DNA of 18,392 nt from Candidatus Sumerlaeaceae bacterium (lineage in GTDB: Bacteria > Sumerlaeota > Sumerlaeia > Sumerlaeales > Sumerlaeaceae). Below the pieces are notes generated by a model. That model was not told where the DNA came from. It did no database searches and worked only from the letters and a program-made list of their open reading frames with translations. The stretch covers positions 1-18,392 of the forward strand of contig JBMFRB010000016.1 of the NCBI GenBank assembly GCA_049968255.1. Direction: 5' to 3'. Below, in pieces: positions 1-6,870 of the stretch (position 1 is its first letter; each line of letters opens with the position of its first letter). The position numbers and the translations under genes are program-made.

Positions 1-127
1 TCGGTAGGCGGGTTTCGGGGTGGTCGAAGGTGAGAAGCACCCCGTCCACGGGGCGCCAGGGCGCCTCCGTGGCGTTCTTCGAGAGCCGCTCAGGGGTTGG
101 CTTGGGGGTGGACACGCGGGTCGTCAT
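1..127 (-). CDS. Possible 5' part of a hypothetical protein running off the left edge (MTTRVSTPKPTPERLSKNATEAPWRPVDGVLLTFDHPETRLP...)
   Basis: The minus-strand frame is open from 265 to the window edge, with ATG at 127 and an alternative GTG at 175. The RBS is weak and no motif is recognisable. Confidence 0.3.
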   Translation of the reverse strand, partial: MTTRVSTPKPTPERLSKNATEAPWRPVDGVLLTFDHPETRLP

Positions 128-372
128 GCGCGTTTGTGCCTGCCTGTGCGTGTCCGCCCGCCGACAGGTGGCCACGTCGGCGAGCGGATCAGTGGTATCG
201 ACGGCGAGGATGTTCTCGTGCGGGACTAGCAGGGCCGGGATTCCGGAGGATGTCTCCAGCGAGCGTCAAGCAGCCGTGGGCACGCCGGAAACGGCAAAGT
301 GCCGAGGGGATCAACCCACGGGGTCTTGTGCTTCTGTTAAAGAGGAACCGACGAAATGGGTGGATGAAATTT

Positions 373-448
<76 letters not shown>

Positions 449-961
449 GCACTGTTTTTTGCGCTGCAGGTTGCCTGCTGTATGCAAAGACATACTTTCG
501 CCACCTGTTTTGCGCGCAGAAATGTTACCCACGCGAGGGAAAACCTATTCAGAGGGGTGGGGCGCTTTTTCTTTGGGCCATATCGGGTGCTTGTTGGGCA
601 CCGTGGGTGCGGCCCGCCGCGCGAGCACGAGCGGGCAAGATCGATCCGCAGCAGCAAAATGGGGGCTGCCCCCCTCAGCCGAGCGCAGAGGAGCGAAGCT
701 AGGCTGGTGGGAATTCCTCACTTGACTCGATGGTGAAAGAAGGGAACCGAGGACCATGCTGATCATGAATGCATAAGTGCATCTTCTCGCAGTGAACTCA
801 CCGCAAGACAAGATCCCTGCACGTATCGTTCCGGAGTGGGCTGATGGATATCTTTTTATTTTATTATTCCGCTATGCGCTGTTTTTTTCTCAGCAACTGG
901 ATCGCTCTTGTGGCTAGGGTTTGCCGCGGCGGAGCGGGGCACCACGCAGCGGGGCGAGCGC

Positions 962-2092
962 CTAGCGGGCTCCGAGCTTGCGCAGGACGCTGAGGATGAG
1001 TTCAGGGGGGACATCGTTGCGAAGCGCGACTTCGCCGATGCGCACGGGAAGAACAAAGCGCAAGCGTCCGCCGGCGACTTTTTTGTCGCTAGACATCCGG
1101 TCAAGCAGGTCTTCGGCCGCGAGCTCGGTTGGGATGCGCGTGGGCAAACCCGCCCGTTCGATGAGGTTGCGCTGGCGTGCTGCTTGCTCAGGCGAAAACA
1201 GGCCCATGCGCAAGGCTGTTTCGGCGGCCGCTACCATGCCGATCGCCACGGCTTGGCCATGGAACTGCCGCTCGCGGTATTCGCCACAGCTCTCAATGGC
1301 GTGGGCGAACGTGTGGCCGTAATTGAGGATGGCACGCAGTCCGGTCTCGCGCTCGTCCGCGCCCACGACCTGCGCCTTGATTTCGCATGAGCGTTGCACG
1401 ACGTGGCGCAGCGCTTTGGGATCGAGCTGGACGGCGCGCTCGATGTGTGCTTCGAGCCATGCAAAAAACTCGGCGTCGGCAATCACACCATATTTGATGA
1501 CCTCGGCAAAACCTCCACGCAGGTTGTGGTCATCGAGAGTGCGCAGATAGGCCAGATCCCCGGCCACGAGGCGCGGTTGCCAAAAGGCGCCAATGAGGTT
1601 TTTGCCGCGCGGATGATCGACGCCGGTTTTGCCGCCGACAGCGCTATCCACCATCGCCACAACGGTGGTGGGCACTTGCACGAAGGCGACGCCGCGCATG
1701 AAGGTGGCGGCAACGAAACCGGCCACGTCGCCGACGACTCCGCCGCCGAAGGCTACGATGCAGGCCCGGCGGCTGAAGCGCTCTGCGATGAGGCGGTCGT
1801 AGAGGCGCGCTGCGGTTTCGAGCGTTTTGAAGCGCTCACCGTCACCGATGAGCTCGACCACAAACCGGATACCAGCGAGAGTCAGGGCCGATTCGAACGC
1901 GGCGCCGTGGAGTTGCCAAATCGTGGGATTGGAAACGACAAAGGCGCCCTCAGGGCAAAACGGCGCAAGGTCGCGTGCAAGCGCTTGGGGCTCATCCCAG
2001 TAGAGACGAATTTCGTAAGAGCGCTCGCCGAGCTCGACTCGAACTGTTGGGCGAGGGGCAGAAGTTCCATCTTCGAGGTGTTCTGCGTTCAT
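962..2092 (-). CDS. aroB: 3-dehydroquinate synthase
   Basis: 376 aa with DHQS motifs DGERFK, FGGGVVGDVAGFVAATFMRG, QVPTT, DSAVGGKTG, KNLIGAF, AEVIKYG, DERETGLRAILNYGHTFAHAIE, HGQAVAIG and DKK. Confidence 0.97.
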   Translation of the reverse strand: MNAEHLEDGTSAPRPTVRVELGERSYEIRLYWDEPQALARDLAPFCPEGAFVVSNPTIWQLHGAAFESALTLAGIRFVVELIGDGERFKTLETAARLYDRLIAERFSRRACIVAFGGGVVGDVAGFVAATFMRGVAFVQVPTTVVAMVDSAVGGKTGVDHPRGKNLIGAFWQPRLVAGDLAYLRTLDDHNLRGGFAEVIKYGVIADAEFFAWLEAHIERAVQLDPKALRHVVQRSCEIKAQVVGADERETGLRAILNYGHTFAHAIESCGEYRERQFHGQAVAIGMVAAAETALRMGLFSPEQAARQRNLIERAGLPTRIPTELAAEDLLDRMSSDKKVAGGRLRFVLPVRIGEVALRNDVPPELILSVLRKLGAR

Positions 2093-2477
2093 GGTGCACC
2101 ACGGTGGAACATGGACGCCGCAGGGCGCAAGGCCGAACTTCTTTTGGCGGCTCAGGCACGGCAGGAGCCGAGGAGTGGTGGCCTTGGACTAGGCCTTCTC
2201 CAGCTGACTACGCGATCTCGTGGCTGCGGGGTTCATTTGCAGATTTTTCCGAGCGCGGCGGGGTAGTCCGTGCACAAGAAAGTTAGTTGGGGAGTGGCGG
2301 TGTGACACTCACAACAACGAGGCTGGGAAAGTTTTCGTGTGCCGCCAACCTGGGTCGCGGCAAGAGGAGCAGCTGCGTCGTTCGTCGGCGAACAAGCGTT
2401 CTCGTGCAATTCTCAATGATCAATGTGTCTTGTTAACAAATTGACATAACTCGGATTGGTGACTTTTGGGGCTTTAG

Positions 2478-2494
2478 AAAAGCAAGATGCTTTT
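2478..2494. terminator. Small hairpin right after the adaptor gene stop, a weak possible terminator
   Basis: AAAAGCA-AGA-TGCTTTT inverted repeat 4 bp beyond the stop at 2499. The stem is AT-rich. Confidence 0.3.
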
Positions 2495-2498
2495 TGCC

Positions 2499-3389
2499 TC
2501 AATTGGCGCGACCTGAGAGTTGGCGCTCGCAAAGCACAACCAGACCGATCGGGACGGGTTTCTTGAGCGATTCGAGGCGAACGACAGCCTGCCCGAATTT
2601 CGTGTCGAGTCGCTCGAGTGGATCCTCGGTGCGGAAGTCGCGAGAGCCGACATAGGGAGAAACTTCCTCGACGACGCCTTCGCCAAGCACCTCGAATGTC
2701 TCGCGATCTTTCACGACAAAGCGCTGCCCCACGGTGACACGGTCGCGCCAAAAAGTTTCGACGAAGAGACGAACTTGCTTTTCGGGACTGCCGAGAACAA
2801 TACGGCGGTAGTCTTCCGGCGCGAGCTGTTCGCCAACACGCACGTCGAAGGTGTAGACCAGGCCGTCGCACGGGGCCCGGAGGGTAAGCTTTTCCCATTC
2901 GGTCCGCCGCGCCTCGAGTTCGGCGAGCAGGCTTTGCACCCGGCTTTCCTCGTAGCGGAAGCGCAGATCAATCTGAGAAAACTCTAGTTGCGAGATTTTG
3001 CCGTCACGCACGAGTTGCTGCTTGCGGTTGAGCTCGTCGCGTGTGATTTCGGCCTGCGCACTTGCCTCAGCCACTCTGGCCTCGGCCACTTTGACCGTTT
3101 GGCTTTCGATGTCGTCGTCGAGTCGGCACAACACTTCGCCGGCACGCACGTGTTGGCCTTCCTTCACGTGAATCTCGACGACGCGGCGAGCCACAGTGGG
3201 TCCCACGTAGATTTCGCGGCCCAGCGGCTCAATGCGTCCATAGAGCCTGGCTGGCGCCTGGCTTAGATCTGGGGTTTTCGCCGGCTCGGCACGGCGCGCC
3301 GCCCTCTTCATTGAGTCGTATATGTAGGCCATCCCTCCGAAAAACACAGCACACGCAAGCGGCCACACTATGAGTCGTCGGATCCTCAA
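2499..3389 (-). CDS. HlyD/DevB-like periplasmic adaptor (membrane fusion protein)
   Basis: N-terminal TM anchor, lipoyl-like half motifs (RVVEIHVKEGQHVRAGEVLCRLD and LRAPCDGLV...VRVGE) flanking a coiled-coil hairpin, and a C-terminal beta barrel. The TTG start overlaps the ATPase stop (TTGA) and is preceded by a GGAGGAG RBS. Confidence 0.9.
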   Translation of the reverse strand: MRIRRLIVWPLACAVFFGGMAYIYDSMKRAARRAEPAKTPDLSQAPARLYGRIEPLGREIYVGPTVARRVVEIHVKEGQHVRAGEVLCRLDDDIESQTVKVAEARVAEASAQAEITRDELNRKQQLVRDGKISQLEFSQIDLRFRYEESRVQSLLAELEARRTEWEKLTLRAPCDGLVYTFDVRVGEQLAPEDYRRIVLGSPEKQVRLFVETFWRDRVTVGQRFVVKDRETFEVLGEGVVEEVSPYVGSRDFRTEDPLERLDTKFGQAVVRLESLKKPVPIGLVVLCERQLSGRAN

Positions 3390-4117
3390 ACTTGCTCCTC
3401 CAAGAGAGCTTCATGATTTACAGGTCGAGTGTCGGCGACAATCCGGCCGTTCTCGAGTTTGATAAGTCGATCGGCAAAGGGAAAAACGCGCGCATCGTGC
3501 GAAACGACGACAATGATGCGTTTTTCCTCGGTGGCGATGCGTTTGAGGATTTCGATCACGTTGCGCCCACTTTCCGCATCAAGCGAGGAGGTGGGTTCAT
3601 CGCACAGGACAATGGGCGGATTTTTGATGAGGGCGCGAGCAATGGAAGCCCGTTGCTTCATGCCACCCGACAGCAGACGCGGCTGCATGTGCATGGCCTG
3701 TTCCAGTCCCACCGCTTGCAATAGGCCGGTCGCTCTTTCCCGGTCTTCACGCGTGATTTGGCGCCCCTGCACTCCTACGGCCAGGAGCACATTTTCCAAG
3801 ATACTGAGCCCTTCGAGTAGCATGGGTTGCTGAAACACGAACCCGTAATCGCGGAACCGGTGATGAGCCGCTTGCTCGTCGCTCAAGCGTGTCAGGTCCT
3901 TGCCGCGAAAAACAATTCGGCCTTCGGTCGGAGAGAGCACCAAGCCCATTATGGAGAGGAGCGTTGTCTTGCCGCTTCCCGATGGCCCCGCAAGGACTGT
4001 TAGCTCGCCAGGGTGGAGCGTGAGTGTGGTATCGAAGAGCACCCGCCGGTTTTCTCGCCCGTCCGAAAAATCTTTCACTATCTTTTCGAGGTACAAGTTT
4101 TCCATAGCAAGCCTCAT
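3386..4117 (-). CDS. ABC transporter ATP-binding protein (DevA/LolD/MacB-type)
   Basis: Walker A GPSGSGKTT, Q loop GFVFQ, signature LSGGMKQR, Walker B IVLCDEPT and H loop VSHD. ATG at 4117 forms a TGATG overlap with the permease stop; the ORF track starts at TTG 4120. Confidence 0.95.
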   Translation of the reverse strand: MRLAMENLYLEKIVKDFSDGRENRRVLFDTTLTLHPGELTVLAGPSGSGKTTLLSIMGLVLSPTEGRIVFRGKDLTRLSDEQAAHHRFRDYGFVFQQPMLLEGLSILENVLLAVGVQGRQITREDRERATGLLQAVGLEQAMHMQPRLLSGGMKQRASIARALIKNPPIVLCDEPTSSLDAESGRNVIEILKRIATEEKRIIVVVSHDARVFPFADRLIKLENGRIVADTRPVNHEALLEEQV

Positions 4118-5238
4118 CAATGGAACACCGAGGAAGGATCAGCTTTGAGCGCCTGACGCACGGCTATGAGCGAACCAAGAATGCTGACGACAAGTGTTCC
4201 CACTGCCAAGAAAAATGGGAGATAGCTGGGAAAATAGGAGGGAATTTCCGAGCGTCCGGTGGCATTGAGCAAAGTTGAGAGCATGACAAACCCGAGGAAA
4301 AGGCCGACCACTGCAATGATGAGTGTCGAAACAAAAACAACAACGGCAACATCGCTCTTGCGAGCTCCCATGGCGCGCATGACCGCGAAATCGGTGGCCC
4401 GGCCCATCACGCCGGTGTACATGGTGAGGGAAATGATCACCATGCCAATGAGAACTCCAATTGTCGTCGAAAAACCGAAACTGCCACCAATACCTGTGTT
4501 CGTAAGATAATAAGTTCGTGTGAGATTAGAGAGCTCTGCCGTACTGAACACAGAGCATTCTGGCAGAATAGCGCGCAGACGCTGGATCGCTCCCTGTTTG
4601 TCCACCCCCTCACGAAACTTTACAAGGATGGCCGAATAGCGGCCGCGTGACGACTTAGTGATTTCTTGCGCCTTATCGAGAGAAGTAAAAACAAGAGTGC
4701 CTTGGAAGCCACGGGCGCCGTCGGTCATTGCTCCGACATGCACCGCACGTTCGCCCACCTCCGTGACTTGGTGCAACCGCGGATTGCCCAGTTTTTCAAG
4801 GTCGAGTCTGTCCACGGTCACCGCCTCGCGATCCAGAAGCGCGCGTTCGTCGCCTTGCGCGAACTCCCAGGGTCCACCCACCATCCGTGGTCTTCTCACT
4901 CCAACAACTCTCACGTTTTCTATCGAACCATCCAACCTGCGAAAAGCTGAGCCCGTGTTGAGCAGCGGCTCCGCCCATTGAACTTCCTCCAAACCGATCA
5001 CGCGATGAAGATAGCGAGCAGAGATCTGATTCACGGCATCGACGTTACGTGCATTGGCGCTCAGAATCCAAGCATCCGCGCCACTGTGATCCACGAGAAC
5101 AGACATGTAGCTGAGAAGACCAAAAAGAATGGAAAGCTGTTGGCCGACGAGAAAAACGATCGCAATCACGCCCAGCACAGAGCCGGCGGTGGAGGAGCGA
5201 TCATGGACGACGATGCGAAGTGCTGTCAGACTACGCAC
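4117..5238 (-). CDS. ABC transporter permease, DevC/MacB-FtsX type
   Basis: One N-terminal TM helix, a large periplasmic domain beginning SGADAWI, then three C-terminal TMs with the FtsX-type motif DFAVMRAMGA. GTG start with an AAGGAGG RBS, overlapping the upstream gene's 3' end. Confidence 0.9.
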   Translation of the reverse strand: MRSLTALRIVVHDRSSTAGSVLGVIAIVFLVGQQLSILFGLLSYMSVLVDHSGADAWILSANARNVDAVNQISARYLHRVIGLEEVQWAEPLLNTGSAFRRLDGSIENVRVVGVRRPRMVGGPWEFAQGDERALLDREAVTVDRLDLEKLGNPRLHQVTEVGERAVHVGAMTDGARGFQGTLVFTSLDKAQEITKSSRGRYSAILVKFREGVDKQGAIQRLRAILPECSVFSTAELSNLTRTYYLTNTGIGGSFGFSTTIGVLIGMVIISLTMYTGVMGRATDFAVMRAMGARKSDVAVVVFVSTLIIAVVGLFLGFVMLSTLLNATGRSEIPSYFPSYLPFFLAVGTLVVSILGSLIAVRQALKADPSSVFH

Positions 5239-6304
5239 TTACTTGGCCTCCTTCGTGCTGAATTGCGAGCTCAAAACCGTGTTCGAAGGTCAGAGCCACT
5301 TGAGCTCCTCTCGCCTCAAGGAGGGCCCGCGCCAAGTAAGCACCACGCCCCCCCACGATCACCAAGGGTGGCTTGGCAAGCCGCTGCGTTTCAGCCAACA
5401 ACTCCAGCACCCGGTCGAGTCGAGTGACCATGGCGAAGGAGAGGAAAACGACGGAGGCCTGAAATGCCTCAGCCGCAGCAGCGATTTCGCCAGGGGGTAG
5501 ACCGTGGCCTAAGGAAAAGGCTGTAGCGCCTCGTAACCGTAGATACGTTGCAAGGGCCATGGGAACGAGCTGCATATGGTCCGAGGGCGCACACGTTGTG
5601 AGGGCCCGTAGCGCAACCTTCGGTTGGTGTGCACTGAGAGAAGGCAGGGCTGCGAGCGTTTCGATGAGTGTTTCCGTGGCAATGTGTTCCCGATATATGG
5701 GTAGCCGATTCCGTTCCCATTCACAGCCGATGGCTGCCATGCCACGCAAGAGAACGTCTGGTATGAGCTCGTACAGCGCTTTACCAGCGGAGGATGCTTC
5801 GGACTGAAGCCACTGGAGAATGGCCTGGGAATCGCCGGAGGTAAGATAATGAACCGCTTGCTCGACATAGGGATCCTGCGTCTGTTCGCGCGGCATATCG
5901 ATATGTCTAGCTAACTCGGGAATCTGTCTCCGCAAATGCTGAAGGGGGGCTGCAAGAACATTGCAAGCCGGCGGGGGAATGATTCCCTCAATAGCAATGA
6001 TCCAAGACTCGACAAGTAAATCAAAGAGGTTTGCTGGCGCCCCTCGGCTCTTTAGCACCGTGAGAAACCAGCCTGACTCATGGAGAAGGATCTCTGGAAG
6101 GTTGTGACGGACAACGGTGCGGAGAACCTCTGCAAAATCGCGCTCTATCCCATCCAGCTCCGAACCAAGCAATTGCAGAGCCATGCCCCCAGCATTCTTG
6201 GCATACAGTTCTAGGCGCTCGTGGACCACAATAAATAGACGATCAAAATAGACCTTCAGATCTTGCGCAGCCTGACTCAAGCCGCTGTTTGCATCGAGCA
6301 CCAT
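5231..6304 (-). CDS. Cobalamin-binding-domain protein (helical cap + Rossmann B12 domain) with an N-terminal all-helical, possibly globin-like, domain; non-canonical ligand motif
   Basis: CarH-like W-x9-EH (WERNRLPIYREH). The Rossmann domain has D-H-M-Q-L-V-x41-S-F-A-x26-GG, the spacing of DxHxxG-x41-SxL-x26-28-GG, plus the LRLRG...SLG..LP segment. No HTH or enzymatic domain is seen. Confidence 0.85.
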   Translation of the reverse strand: MVLDANSGLSQAAQDLKVYFDRLFIVVHERLELYAKNAGGMALQLLGSELDGIERDFAEVLRTVVRHNLPEILLHESGWFLTVLKSRGAPANLFDLLVESWIIAIEGIIPPPACNVLAAPLQHLRRQIPELARHIDMPREQTQDPYVEQAVHYLTSGDSQAILQWLQSEASSAGKALYELIPDVLLRGMAAIGCEWERNRLPIYREHIATETLIETLAALPSLSAHQPKVALRALTTCAPSDHMQLVPMALATYLRLRGATAFSLGHGLPPGEIAAAAEAFQASVVFLSFAMVTRLDRVLELLAETQRLAKPPLVIVGGRGAYLARALLEARGAQVALTFEHGFELAIQHEGGQVSA

Positions 6305-6416
6305 TGGGCGACCATGCTTTCCAGCCTATGCGGTGCGAACTTTTTGTGTTTATACAGATCTTGCACCACTGTTCCTTCACCTGTCATCCTCAGAAGAAGA
6401 AGTATAGACGCATAGT

Positions 6417-6450
6417 GGAAATGTTTCCCAAAATGTTTCGGAAATGAATC
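6417..6450. promoter_or_regulatory. Tandem repeats / near-palindrome, a candidate operator
   Basis: AAATGTTTC at 6419 and 6431 and AAATGAATC at 6442. GGAAATGTTTCC (6417-6428) is nearly palindromic. A minus-strand TATACT lies at 6401-6406. Confidence 0.4.
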
Positions 6451-6791
6451 CAAGCGCACATGAATGTTGTCGATATGATCTTTTGATAATTAAAAAACTA
6501 GTTCTCATTTTTGAAATCATTTGTGCAGTGATTCAAACCTAACTTTGCGTTGAGTGGCAAATGAAGCTGATCTTCTGCCCGGCAAATTTTTGCAATGGAG
6601 CAGAGGAGAACCAAAGGGCGCACAAGGTCGCAACTTCACGTTGCTGCCCGAGTGGGCGGGGTCGTTTCTTGGTCACGTTTAGCCTCTGTTTTGCCTCGTC
6701 AGGACCAGTGAGCACGTTTGTGCGCGGTAGCGACAACTTTGAAAGCCAACCTTGTGTCCTGCCATGGGCAATGCGCCCTACGAAAAAGCGG

Positions 6792-6819
6792 TTGCGACGC
6801 TGGGGCACGCTGGTATATT
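6792..6819 (+). promoter_or_regulatory. Putative sigma70 promoter of the GH113 gene
   Basis: TTGCGA (6792-6797), 16 bp spacer, TATATT (6814-6819) with extended -10 TG at 6811-6812, about 50 bp upstream of ATG 6871. Confidence 0.5.
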
Positions 6820-6870
6820 TTATTAGCGCTTTTCACTGAGCAGCGGAGGATTGCACGAGGAGAGATTGCG

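Noticed and set aside
731-800. TGGTGAAAGAAGGGAACCG resembling the start of a cobalamin riboswitch, and a 6-codon ORF MLIMNA
   Set aside because: The downstream GGTG..AAtCC, GCAACTGT and B12-box elements are missing and no plus-strand gene follows. The mini-ORF has no support.
908-2266. Plus-strand ORFs 908..1390 and 1394..2266
   Set aside because: Antisense shadows of aroB, expected with GC-rich codon bias, and with no motifs.
6718-6870. N-terminal extension of the GH113 ORF
   Set aside because: The RBS, promoter and signal peptide all point to ATG 6871.
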